64,000 nt of DNA from Nitrospira sp. (GTDB taxonomy: Bacteria; Nitrospirota; Nitrospiria; Nitrospirales; Nitrospiraceae): contig JBEBHO010000124.1 of the NCBI GenBank assembly GCA_040081095.1, forward strand, positions 4,641-68,640, written 5' to 3'. A program made the translations under genes and the position numbers. The notes beneath the pieces were generated by a model that had not been told where the DNA came from, did not search any database, and saw nothing but the letters and a program-made list of their open reading frames with translations. Shown one piece after another: positions 1 through 9,254 of the stretch (position 1 is its first letter; each line of letters opens with the position of its first letter).

Positions 1-1454
1 AAATCGAGACCGGATTCTTCCGCCAGAGTTTGATCGAGCTTGACCTCCACGCGACAGGCAAGACACACCATGCGAACCAGCCGCTGCGCCAGCACACAGT
101 TCAGCGCAGCCAAAAAGTTGTAGGCGTCGATTCCCATTGAAGCAAATCGCCCGATGACATCGAACACGTTGTTGGCGTGCACCGTCGTCAAGACCAAATG
201 GCCAGTAAGTGACGATTGAATGGCGATTTGCGCGGTTTCCCCATCGCGGATTTCACCGACCATGATCTTGTCAGGATCATGACGCAAGATGGATCGTAGC
301 CCGCGCGCGAAGGTCAGGCCTTTCTTCTCATTCACGGGAATTTGCACGACCCCCGACAGTTGGTATTCGACCGGATCTTCGATCGTGATCAACTTGTCGT
401 CCTTAATGTTCATCTCCGTAATCGCGGCATACAGCGTCGTCGTCTTACCGCTTCCGGTCGGACCGGTGACTAACACCATGCCGTAGGGCCGCGTGATCGC
501 GCGCCGAAAACGCTTCAGATCTTCCGCGTTAAATCCCAGTCGTTCCAATCGCAACGTCGACACACCCGTCGTAATTGCTTCGCGATCGAGAATACGAATG
601 ACGACCGATTCACCGAACACGCTGGGAAGGATTGAGACACGGAAATCGACGGTCTTTCGCTCCAGCCGCATCCGGAAGCTTCCATCTTGCGGTACCCGCC
701 GCTCGGCGATGTCCAGATCAGACATCACTTTCAGTCGAGAGACCAACGGCGCATGAAGCCGGACATCGAGCGGTTCCATTGCCGGAACGAGAATTCCATC
801 AACACGTAATTTCACCTTGGTAGCACGATCGGCCGCTTCAATGTGAATGTCGCTGGCCCGTCGCTGCAACGCACTCAGAAGGATCGAGTCCAGCAATTTG
901 ACGGCAGGACTTTGATCCTCTCCTGCGTGATCCATCGTGAGGACTTCCTCGCCACGCTCGTCCTCCTTGACCAGCACAGATCGATACTCGGCTTCGAGTT
1001 CCCGCAGGGCTTGGCTGGAGCCTTCACTGCGCTCCAGGGATGCCAGGATCGAGCTTCTCGGACTCACGACCAAGTCCAACGGACGGCCCAAGAGCAACTC
1101 CAACTCATCCAGCGCCAGGAGGTTCTGAGGGTCTGGAATGGCAACAGCCAAGCGGCCTTCATGCTCTGCAATCGGAATAAACGGATGCCGCTGCATGAGT
1201 TTCACCGACATGGAGTCGTAAAATGACTGGTCGACCCGAAACTCTGTGAGCAGATTACAAGGCAAGTCAAACTGGACCGCCAGTGCTCGCGCCAACTGTT
1301 CCTCCGAGAGAAGCCCCTCGCTTACCAAGGTCTGGCCGAGAGCTGCCGTCACGCCACCCAAACGGCTGAGCACCTGGTCGAGCGTCTGCTTCGGCAGAAT
1401 CCCCTGCCGCACAAGCACATCCGTAAGTGTGGGGCGAGTCACTGTCCGCGCCAT
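1..1454 (-). CDS. gspE: Type II secretion/T4P assembly ATPase GspE/PilB family (3' end runs off window)
   Basis: Not in the ORF track. Manual translation from ATG at 1454 (AGGAG RBS upstream) gives MARTVTRPTL..., RASDIHIE, ERRVPQDG, Walker A GPTGSGKTTT, TIEDPVEY, LRHDPDKIMVGEIRD, LTGHLVLTTVHAN and a CxxC (VCLAC). Confidence 0.95.
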   Translation of the reverse strand, partial: MARTVTRPTLTDVLVRQGILPKQTLDQVLSRLGGVTAALGQTLVSEGLLSEEQLARALAVQFDLPCNLLTEFRVDQSFYDSMSVKLMQRHPFIPIAEHEGRLAVAIPDPQNLLALDELELLLGRPLDLVVSPRSSILASLERSEGSSQALRELEAEYRSVLVKEDERGEEVLTMDHAGEDQSPAVKLLDSILLSALQRRASDIHIEAADRATKVKLRVDGILVPAMEPLDVRLHAPLVSRLKVMSDLDIAERRVPQDGSFRMRLERKTVDFRVSILPSVFGESVVIRILDREAITTGVSTLRLERLGFNAEDLKRFRRAITRPYGMVLVTGPTGSGKTTTLYAAITEMNIKDDKLITIEDPVEYQLSGVVQIPVNEKKGLTFARGLRSILRHDPDKIMVGEIRDGETAQIAIQSSLTGHLVLTTVHANNVFDVIGRFASMGIDAYNFLAALNCVLAQRLVRMVCLACRVEVKLDQTLAEESGLD

Positions 1455-1516
1455 AGGCTCCTACTCATTCCTCAATATGCATAACAAGCCAATCCCCGTA
1501 ATACCAATCGGCCGCA

Positions 1517-2728
1517 CTACACCGCCCCAGCCATTTGAAAGACCGGCAGATACATGACGATGACGATCGCGCCCACGAGAACCCCCATGATCAAGAGCAG
1601 CACCGGTTCAATCCAGGTCGTCAGTTGCGTAAGCCGGAGATCCAGATCACCTTCATAAAATTCAGCCACATCGTGCAACATCGTCGGCAACGATCCGGTC
1701 TCCTCACCGACCGATAACATTTCTACCGCTAACTTCGGAAACACTTTTGGACGATCCAATGCTGCGGCCAACGTCGTCCCTTCGCGAATTTCCGCCACCG
1801 TACCCGCCACCCCGACTGACACATACCGATTCGAGATAGCCCCTCGTGCAATAGACAATGCCTCCACAAGCGGCGTGCCTCCGGCAAGAATCGTTGCCAG
1901 TGTGCGCGTGAGCTGCACCGTATAATGTTTCACGAAAATCGGCCCCAAGATGGGCAGGCTCAATAACAGCCGATCCGCGACAAGTCGCCCAGCCGACGTC
2001 GCATAGTACGCGCGTCCTGCGAGCCCAAGAATAACGAGTCCGGCAAACCCTGGCATCAGGTATGTTTTGCCGCCTGTCACTACATCAAGCAACAGTTGTG
2101 TGGCGGGCGGCAACGACTTCGATGTCTCGGCATAGACTGACACGAATGTCGGCACGACGTACGTCAACAGAAACCCGATCACGGCAATCCCGACAACCAC
2201 GAGAAAGGCAGGATAGGCCAGTGCTTTCGAAACTTTCTGGCGCAACCCGATCATCAATTTCAAATAGGCAATGAATCGCTGCAGCACCTCGGCGAGATTC
2301 CCTGATTGTTCTCCCGCTTTGATCGTCGCAATATACAGTTCGGAAAAGTGGGCCGGGTGTTTTGCCAGGGCTTCTGAAGCCGACGCCCCTCCACGTATAT
2401 CCTGTCGAACCATCCGCAAGGACTGCTGAAATCCTGCATGGTTGGATCGCTCGATCAAGAGATCCCACACCCGCAATACGGGGAGACCGGCCTTCACAAG
2501 CGCGAGCAGCTCCTGATTGAATACTAAAAATTCGCCAAGTGGAAGTTTCCCAAACACCTGCCACCCAAGGCCCAAACCGGTTGTCGCCCCCCCCTGTCTT
2601 TGCAGCCGAAAAATAAGAAAGCCTTGGCCTTCCAGTTTGGCTCGAACGAGGTGTTCTTCCTCTCCCTCAATCTGCCCATCGAGGGTTGAGCCATCAGAAC
2701 GGGCCACTCTGTAAGCAAAGACAGGCAT
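1517..2728 (-). CDS. gspF: Type II secretion system F family inner-membrane platform protein (GspF/PilC)
   Basis: 403 aa. Motifs AGEQSGNL, KALAYPAF, VGEETGSL, IEPVLLLIMG...YLPVFQM; adjacent to gspE. Confidence 0.95.
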   Translation of the reverse strand: MPVFAYRVARSDGSTLDGQIEGEEEHLVRAKLEGQGFLIFRLQRQGGATTGLGLGWQVFGKLPLGEFLVFNQELLALVKAGLPVLRVWDLLIERSNHAGFQQSLRMVRQDIRGGASASEALAKHPAHFSELYIATIKAGEQSGNLAEVLQRFIAYLKLMIGLRQKVSKALAYPAFLVVVGIAVIGFLLTYVVPTFVSVYAETSKSLPPATQLLLDVVTGGKTYLMPGFAGLVILGLAGRAYYATSAGRLVADRLLLSLPILGPIFVKHYTVQLTRTLATILAGGTPLVEALSIARGAISNRYVSVGVAGTVAEIREGTTLAAALDRPKVFPKLAVEMLSVGEETGSLPTMLHDVAEFYEGDLDLRLTQLTTWIEPVLLLIMGVLVGAIVIVMYLPVFQMAGAV

Positions 2729-2771
2729 GGTACGACGTGCGCAAATATCAGGCGGTTAACAGGGATGGAGG

Positions 2772-3575
2772 TTATGGTGCCGATGCAATTTTATCGGCAC
2801 CGACCACAGATATGGGCCGATCATCCGGCAACCATAAGGCCTGTCCAATGACAATCCTATTGTCGGTCAATTGATTGAGCGTTCGAAGACGCTCCATATT
2901 GACTCGATACTTCTGCGCGATACTCCAAAGCGTATCCCCAGGCTTTACGGAAACATGCTGAGTTGGTGCCAGCTGCGGCTCAACCGCTGACGAAGACTCT
3001 CGGCCCATCGGCACCTGCGACACCGTCGCTGTAATCGCACCTGTCTGAGGCACCCCAGGAAGCTCCGAGAGCTGATTTTGTTGTACAGGAATCTGTGTCG
3101 CTTTCGAACCTTTGCGCATCGCACCGCGAGACGGGAGTGGAGCTGCCTCCTGCCCATCATGAGCCGATTCCGATTTCCCTGGTTGCGCAAACTGCTGCTG
3201 CATCTGTTTCAACTGGCCCTGCAACTGATGACTGCCTCGAGACACACGAGCTCGTTCCGTCCGAGCAACGGCCAACTCTTCCCGTTGCAACTCAATCACC
3301 TGCCTCGCTTCGATGACCCGCCGCTCTGCTTCCCTAACTCGGCCTTCCAGCTGGGCTCGAGCCACCTGAGCCTCGGCCAATTCACTCCGCCGCACTTCAA
3401 GATCGGCCCGCAACTCCGCCACCGTCCGCTGCGCATCTCGCACCGACGCTTTTAACGTGTCGGTAGTCAGCTGAAGATCAACCACCTCCGGCTCGCGCAT
3501 TGGCTCGAGCTCGCCACATCCCATGAACAAGGCTGAGGCTAAACCGACAACTGTAAATACTCCGACTCGCACCAT
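2772..3575 (-). CDS. LysM peptidoglycan-binding, coiled-coil putative lipoprotein
   Basis: Likely start MVRVGVF (3575). Hydrophobic signal with lipobox LFMGC, long heptad-rich coiled coil, low-complexity linker, C-terminal LysM HVSVKPGDTLWSIAQKY...LNQL...IGQALWLP. Confidence 0.85.
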   Translation of the reverse strand: MVRVGVFTVVGLASALFMGCGELEPMREPEVVDLQLTTDTLKASVRDAQRTVAELRADLEVRRSELAEAQVARAQLEGRVREAERRVIEARQVIELQREELAVARTERARVSRGSHQLQGQLKQMQQQFAQPGKSESAHDGQEAAPLPSRGAMRKGSKATQIPVQQNQLSELPGVPQTGAITATVSQVPMGRESSSAVEPQLAPTQHVSVKPGDTLWSIAQKYRVNMERLRTLNQLTDNRIVIGQALWLPDDRPISVVGADKIASAP

Positions 3576-3646
3576 TGAAGAACTGGCGCGTCTTGCGTCG
3601 GCTGAAACCAGGACCAGACTACGATCGTAATTGCACATAACCATCC

Positions 3647-4048
3647 TTACCAACGATTGTACGGGGTCCCGTTCGTTCCCACAAATTCAGCCCCTGAAAA
3701 GACATCGACCACGCCCCCTTCAGCAGGATCAGAAATCTCTTGCCACGTGGTTGTCGAACCGGTGAAAGGGTCCTTTGGCATTCCCCGTAAATACCCGGCA
3801 CTCACCAATGCCGCTAATGATAACGGGTATTTCCCCTGATCGGCCTTGTGTTGATCCAGCACATCGCGGAGCGTCGAAAGATCCTGACGCAAGGCAGCCT
3901 CTTTGGCTTTGACAACCGACGATTGGTACGAAGGCACCGCCAGGGTGGCAAGTATGCCGACAATCGATACCACGATCATCAGTTCGATCATGGTGAAGCC
4001 ATCTGAGCCCCCTATGCCACGTCTACCAATCTCGATACTTCGTTCCAT
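3647..4048 (-). CDS. Pseudopilin, GspG-like
   Basis: Prepilin site G|FTMIELMIVVSIVGIL; GKYP-L-LV-GYLR-PKDPFT motif; C-terminal GTPYNRW. Confidence 0.9.
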   Translation of the reverse strand: MERSIEIGRRGIGGSDGFTMIELMIVVSIVGILATLAVPSYQSSVVKAKEAALRQDLSTLRDVLDQHKADQGKYPLSLAALVSAGYLRGMPKDPFTGSTTTWQEISDPAEGGVVDVFSGAEFVGTNGTPYNRW

Positions 4049-4529
4049 CTAATGCCAGATCCTGACTTTGAGTCATCACATCGTAAACATCATCCCCGCA
4101 CCAACTCGATGCAGTCGACGCATCTCGATAACATCGGAATAACCAATCGGCCTTGCCAGTTAAGGGATCGAGAGGAAGACTCCTCAGATAACGCTTCGAC
4201 GTCGTGCCCCTGATCGTCGCTTCCTCGCTCGTGAGCTTGACCCCCAACAGCATATCCAACGACTTCGGATACCCGTACACACTCGTCACGTCTTTGCATG
4301 TGAGCTTATTCTTCAAGCAAGCCGGCCCCAATAATACGTCGCCATCGCGGTTCCACTCCAACTTGAAGGTATCGATGGCCGCCCGCATGATCCTCAAATG
4401 CTGACGCAATTCTATTTCGTGAGTCCGTTTCGCTGATAGGCGGCTAAGCGGCATCGCAATAGAGGCGAGGATCATAACAATTGTCAGGGTAACCAGGAGC
4501 TCCAAGAGGGTCACGCCCGACTCTTTCAC
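4023..4529 (-). CDS. Pseudopilin (second, GspG-like)
   Basis: GTG start overlapping the secretin stop (GTGA). G|VTLLELLVTL prepilin motif, YLRSLPLDPLTG, four Cys, C-terminal GTKYRDW. Confidence 0.9.
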   Translation of the reverse strand: MKESGVTLLELLVTLTIVMILASIAMPLSRLSAKRTHEIELRQHLRIMRAAIDTFKLEWNRDGDVLLGPACLKNKLTCKDVTSVYGYPKSLDMLLGVKLTSEEATIRGTTSKRYLRSLPLDPLTGKADWLFRCYRDASTASSWCGDDVYDVMTQSQDLALDGTKYRDW

Positions 4530-6889
4530 CGCACCCTCACGATACCTGTTCCTTCTTGTGACCATGCCAAGGATGCATCCACGGCAGAATTGACCAACAC
4601 CACACGCACAGGAGAGACACCGGGTGTCTTTGCATAGAAGGTGACCATAACGGTCCGCACGCCGGCCTGCCGTGCTGACGGAGCAACCCTGTAAGCAATC
4701 ATTCCTGCTTGTATCGCTGGGCTACTGGACGGCTGCTCGCCTGGGTCACTTATGGGCACAACTTCACCATTCAGAATCGTTTTAAATTCCAACACCTGTG
4801 GATCATACTGGAGATGAAATATCCCATCCGCTGTTGGACGAAGACGTTCGTCATTAATGGTCAGTTTAAATTCTCTTCCCATCTGAATCACTGATTCATC
4901 CGGCTTGATAGAGACAACGGCTCCAACTGAGGCCAATGGAGTGAGCGAGGCTATCGCAGCTTTACCAGCCGCTCCATTTGTTGCGTCTCCCCCCGACGAT
5001 GAGAGCCCCGCACCGGAAGCCCTACCACCCATAGTGGAAACTCTCTTCCCTTGAGGGGAAAACAGAGGGCTCGTGGCGTAGGTTGAATCAGTTCCTGACC
5101 AGAATACCTGCTTACTGAGCCCCGGAGGAGTCATCCCCTGGATGATATGCGGAGTGATCGTCAGAATCACTTCGGTGGTGACTCGTTTGGTGGTAAAAGA
5201 ACTCAGGAGATTACCGATAAAAGGGAGATCGCCGATCCATGGGATGGTCGTGCGGGTTTTCCGGTCTTCTTCTTGGATCAGCCCTCCCAGCACAATGGTT
5301 TCACCATCCCTCACATTGAGCATGGTTTCCGCTGACCGATTACCGAACTTAAACTGAGTAATAGGGGGATTGGCTTGGAGGGTCACCTGCTCGCCGAGGC
5401 GAATGACCTCAATCTTCATCTTCAAGGACAATTCGTTCCCTAGATGGATGGATGGCTCAACGGTCAACTTAACTCCGGTGTCACGGAATTCGATCGAAGT
5501 CACCGTTGAGGTCGTTGGAACGGCTCCTGTTGCTGCCTGCCCTGGCAAGACATTCGTAGTGGATAACAGGATCGGCTGCTTATCCCCAATGTTGATTTCC
5601 GCTTTCTTATTGTTGACCACCCGAACCTTCGGCGCAGCGAGGGTCTTGGCTTCGGTAACCTGCTTAAAGAAGTCCAACTGGATGTTTGTCGGAAGCTTAA
5701 AGAGGTAACTATTCCCTCCCAGGTCTGTGAGTTGGCCGCGCGTAAATTGCTGCGCAATATCCCCGGCAATTGCGCCAGAAAACCCCGGAGGCACGATGGC
5801 GCCGGCCACTTGCTTGGGGTAGGTCAAGCCATAGGTTTGATCGACTGTACGATCGACTTCCAAGACCTCTACGTCGAACAATACTTCAGAGTCGAGACGA
5901 TCATTGGCCAGAATAATCTTTTCAGCCATCTCTAACTTTTCCGGCTGGTCCCTGATGACTATCGTGTTCAACTGATCATTGGCATGCATCCGTTTGGAGT
6001 CGAGCATGCTCTTCAATAACACCAGCATATCTTTCGCTTTGGCGTTCGACAAATAAAACGTCCGAATCATGAGATCTTGGTACTGCTCCTGCTTCTGCTT
6101 GGTATTCGGGCTGACAATCATGACGCCTGGAGAGACCGTATGCGCAAAGAGGCTATTGCTGTTGAGAATAAGATTGAACGCCTCTTCAAACGGCGTGTCC
6201 TGAACGCCAATCGTGACAGGATCGTTCCGAACATCCTTATCGAAAATGAGATTGAGCCCTCCGGCCTTTCCAATCCCTTCCAAGACTTCTTTGAGCCCAG
6301 CATTGCGAAACCGAAGTGTCACCGGCTGCTTCCGCCGATCGTCACGGTTCAATGCCTGTTGCTCTTCGGTGAGTCTGGAAATACTTTCGAGAGGCTCCTT
6401 GAACGAAGGATCCAGCTCAGCCGCTCTGGCGTAGGCTTCCATGGCCTCGTCGGTCCGACCGAGTTGGGCAAGGCGATCTGCTTCTCGATTCTGGCCACGC
6501 GCATCTTTCAAGCGAAGTGCTTCAAGCAAACCTGATTGATGCTCCTGGCTTGACGGCTCAATGGTAAGCGCACGCTTGAACTGCTCCGAGGCAAGGTCGG
6601 GCTGATGCTCTTTGAGATAGGCTCGACCTCGCTCCTCATAGAAAGCAGCGGCTCGTTCTCGAGCCATGATGTATTTACTCTGCAAGGTGGGATTGAAGGG
6701 ATCGTCTTTCAGCGCTTGCTTATAGGCGAGACTCGCTTCCTCCCATTTCCCTGCAGCGAGTTGTTGGTCGCCTCGCTTGATATCAGGAGAACTGAAGTAG
6801 GCACAGCCAGAAAGAACCACCATTGTTCCAATGGCACAGCACATCCCCACTGCCGTATGTTTCACTATCGTATTGTCCTCGCTATTCAT
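4526..6889 (-). CDS. gspD: Secretin GspD-type with N-terminal TPRs and C-terminal cohesin-like domain
   Basis: Lipobox VLSGC, TPR helices, N-domain (IRTFYLSNAKAKD), secretin core (KTLAAPKVRV, RDTGVKLTVEP, DGETIVLGGLI, IPWIGDLPFIGNL, TEVILTITPHII), tail with LQYDPQVLEF. Start uncertain (ORF extends to 7042). Confidence 0.92.
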   Translation of the reverse strand: MNSEDNTIVKHTAVGMCCAIGTMVVLSGCAYFSSPDIKRGDQQLAAGKWEEASLAYKQALKDDPFNPTLQSKYIMARERAAAFYEERGRAYLKEHQPDLASEQFKRALTIEPSSQEHQSGLLEALRLKDARGQNREADRLAQLGRTDEAMEAYARAAELDPSFKEPLESISRLTEEQQALNRDDRRKQPVTLRFRNAGLKEVLEGIGKAGGLNLIFDKDVRNDPVTIGVQDTPFEEAFNLILNSNSLFAHTVSPGVMIVSPNTKQKQEQYQDLMIRTFYLSNAKAKDMLVLLKSMLDSKRMHANDQLNTIVIRDQPEKLEMAEKIILANDRLDSEVLFDVEVLEVDRTVDQTYGLTYPKQVAGAIVPPGFSGAIAGDIAQQFTRGQLTDLGGNSYLFKLPTNIQLDFFKQVTEAKTLAAPKVRVVNNKKAEINIGDKQPILLSTTNVLPGQAATGAVPTTSTVTSIEFRDTGVKLTVEPSIHLGNELSLKMKIEVIRLGEQVTLQANPPITQFKFGNRSAETMLNVRDGETIVLGGLIQEEDRKTRTTIPWIGDLPFIGNLLSSFTTKRVTTEVILTITPHIIQGMTPPGLSKQVFWSGTDSTYATSPLFSPQGKRVSTMGGRASGAGLSSSGGDATNGAAGKAAIASLTPLASVGAVVSIKPDESVIQMGREFKLTINDERLRPTADGIFHLQYDPQVLEFKTILNGEVVPISDPGEQPSSSPAIQAGMIAYRVAPSARQAGVRTVMVTFYAKTPGVSPVRVVLVNSAVDASLAWSQEGTGIVRVR

Positions 6890-7095
6890 TGGGTACCCAG
6901 TACAGCCAACGCGAAAAATTGATCCAGGTGAAACTACGTGGAGTCTAAATGTCACAGGCCATCTATAGCAGCCTCTATAGAGTGGAGCAATGAGAATCAG
7001 AAACTCTGCTGACAGTGAAATATGGGAGGCCGTGCCTGGCACGTATTAGATTGAAGAGTTCTCGGCGAGGCCAAGCTCACTTCCCCAACTCTGAA

Positions 7096-7126
7096 GAACC
7101 AGGGCCCCGAGGAAAGGCCCTGGCTC
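7096..7126 (-). terminator. GC-rich hairpin between the dehydrogenase and the secretin (possible terminator/stabiliser)
   Basis: GAACCAGGGCC-loop-GGCCCTGGCTC; only a short U-tract on the minus strand. Confidence 0.4.
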
Positions 7127-7156
7127 GTGGGTCGGCAGGCAGCCGACCACCCTCTG

Positions 7157-8458
7157 CTATAAGCGCCAGTACTTCAACGAGGATGAGAGCTTCGCCCGAT
7201 CAAGTAGACTCTTTACGTCAATAACCACCCCAGCTCGCTGATCCCGAAGAGGCTTGAGCAATTCTTGCAAGTTCATTTCGGCATACGCACGGTGCGCCAC
7301 GGCAACAATCACCCCATCAACGTTCTTCAAATCATCCCACGGCTGGAGATGAATGCCGTATTCTGCGACCGCTTCCTCTGGTTCGGCGATCGGATCATGC
7401 ACAAGTACTTGCACGCCATACTCGCGCAACTCATGAATAATATCTGGAACCTTGCTATTACGAAGATCCGGCACATTCTCCTTAAATGTGAGTCCTAACA
7501 CCGCCACCTTGAGATCGTTGACCGGCCGAGGAAGCTGACTGAGCAGCTTCATCGTTTGTTCCGCAATGAATTTCCCCATCCCGTTGTTGATACGCCGGCC
7601 GGCTAGGATAACTTGAGGATGATACCCGACTGATTCAGCCTTGGAAGTCAGATAATACGGGTCTACACCAATACAATGGCCGCCAACGAGGCCCGGAGTA
7701 AACTTCAGGAAATTCCACTTCGTTCCTGCCGCATCCAGTACAGACTTGGTATCAATTCCAAGACGGTGAAAAATGAGTGCCAACTCATTCATCAGCGCGA
7801 TATTCAAATCCCGCTGGGTGTTTTCAATCACCTTCGCTGCTTCCGCAACTTTAATGCTGGAGGCCCGATGAATCCCCGCCTTGACCACAAGTTCATACGT
7901 GTTGGCGACAATCTCCAGCGAGGCGTCATCTTGGGCAGACACAACCTTAATAATTCTCTCCAGCGTATGTTCCTTATCTCCCGGATTGATTCGTTCAGGG
8001 GAATACCCAATTTTAAAATCAACACCTGCTTTCATCCCGGAGACTTTTTCTAAAATAGGAAGACACACTTCCTCGGTGGCGCCAGGATAGACCGTCGACT
8101 CGTAGACCACGATCGAACCGGGCGAGAGATTGGCACCTATGAGTTCAGATGACTTTCGAAGAGCCGTCAGATCAGGCTGCAGAGCTTCATTAATCGGCGT
8201 AGGGACGGCTACAATGATAAAATCTGCGGCCTTAAGATCGCTAGGCTGAAATGTATAGTGAACATCCGTCGCTTTCAGATCAGCAGCAGACACCTCACCC
8301 GTACGGTCAAGGCCCTTCTGTAACTCTGCAATCTTTGCCTTATTGATATCAAAGCCAATCACATGCTGCCGCTTCCCGAATGCGACCGCAATAGGAAGGC
8401 CCACATAGCCGAGTCCTACAATTGCAACTTTTCGCGCTGTCTCTTTCTGTTGAGCCAT
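7157..8458 (-). CDS. Nucleotide-sugar dehydrogenase (UDP-GlcNAc/GalNAc 6-dehydrogenase, WbpO/TviB family)
   Basis: GLGYVGLP, YESTVYPGATEE, SPERINPGD, AKVIENTQRDLNIA, GGHCIGVDPYY, GLTFKENVPDLRNS. Start MAQQKE after an AGAGGA RBS. Confidence 0.95.
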   Translation of the reverse strand: MAQQKETARKVAIVGLGYVGLPIAVAFGKRQHVIGFDINKAKIAELQKGLDRTGEVSAADLKATDVHYTFQPSDLKAADFIIVAVPTPINEALQPDLTALRKSSELIGANLSPGSIVVYESTVYPGATEEVCLPILEKVSGMKAGVDFKIGYSPERINPGDKEHTLERIIKVVSAQDDASLEIVANTYELVVKAGIHRASSIKVAEAAKVIENTQRDLNIALMNELALIFHRLGIDTKSVLDAAGTKWNFLKFTPGLVGGHCIGVDPYYLTSKAESVGYHPQVILAGRRINNGMGKFIAEQTMKLLSQLPRPVNDLKVAVLGLTFKENVPDLRNSKVPDIIHELREYGVQVLVHDPIAEPEEAVAEYGIHLQPWDDLKNVDGVIVAVAHRAYAEMNLQELLKPLRDQRAGVVIDVKSLLDRAKLSSSLKYWRL

Positions 8459-9101
8459 GAGTCCTCTCCGATTAGTTTTTATCAGAATGGCAGAACCTCC
8501 GACTTCCGTCAACGAAATCGAGTGAATCTATGCGTGGAGCCATTCATATGGTCAGAACATAATGTAATCGATTTTTCTTTTTCATTTTCACTCCCGCCGA
8601 TATTCGTAGCAGCTCCTCAACGATACCCAAGATAGTCTTGCGCTAAGATCTCATGACTGCGTCTCATCAATGACGTGACCTCGCCGCCAACCACTTTATC
8701 GGCTGATGAGACATCGCAAAAGCTTGCTACTCTCCTCTGCTAACTACAGGGGAACACAAATCACTTCTATCAAGAGCGGCGACTAACCAAACTACCCTCC
8801 TCACTCCTCAGGCCAAAACAGGGCACACACAGTCTTGTACCTTCAAAAAGATACATACTCTCGCCTAGTTCCAATAGTCAGACTCGCACGTAAAAACAAT
8901 ATAGTTGATTAATTTCAACATCTTAAAAATAGTAATGAATCTTTCAAATTATATGTTCAAGTCTTTGAGGCAGACCACCCTCCCCACCTACACCCATCCT
9001 TACATCCCTCACCAAAAACCCCTGCAGCCCGTGAACCTCAAGTCTTTGTTTTACCGAATTGATTTGAAGCTGCAGCGCCACCAGGCTCACAGGTGCGAGC
9101 T

Positions 9102-9118
9102 GGGGCACTGCTCTTGCT
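9102..9118 (+). promoter_or_regulatory. Putative sigma-54 (-24/-12) promoter for the BACON/Fn3 gene
   Basis: GGGGCACTGCTCTTGCT = GG-N10-GC with GGCAC and TTGC, about 140 bp upstream of the ATG at 9255; AT-rich tract upstream at ~8900-8960. Confidence 0.65.
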
Positions 9119-9254
9119 CAACCTCCCCCACTGGCAATGCATACCCGAATCAGACCGACCTTGATCGGGGCATCTGCCTCTCATTGTGCCTGCATAAAAT
9201 CCGCTTCGATGGACACATGTAGTGGCGGATAGTGAAATACGGAGGATCTAAACC

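Noticed and set aside
289-1557. Plus-strand short ORFs over the first 1.5 kb
   Set aside because: Antisense shadows of gspE, which the track missed because it runs off the edge.
8661-8712. GTCTCATCA...TGATGAGAC inverted repeat upstream of the dehydrogenase (ops/JUMPstart or riboswitch?)
   Set aside because: No GGCGGTAG ops match and no known riboswitch core; a lone 9-bp stem is insufficient.
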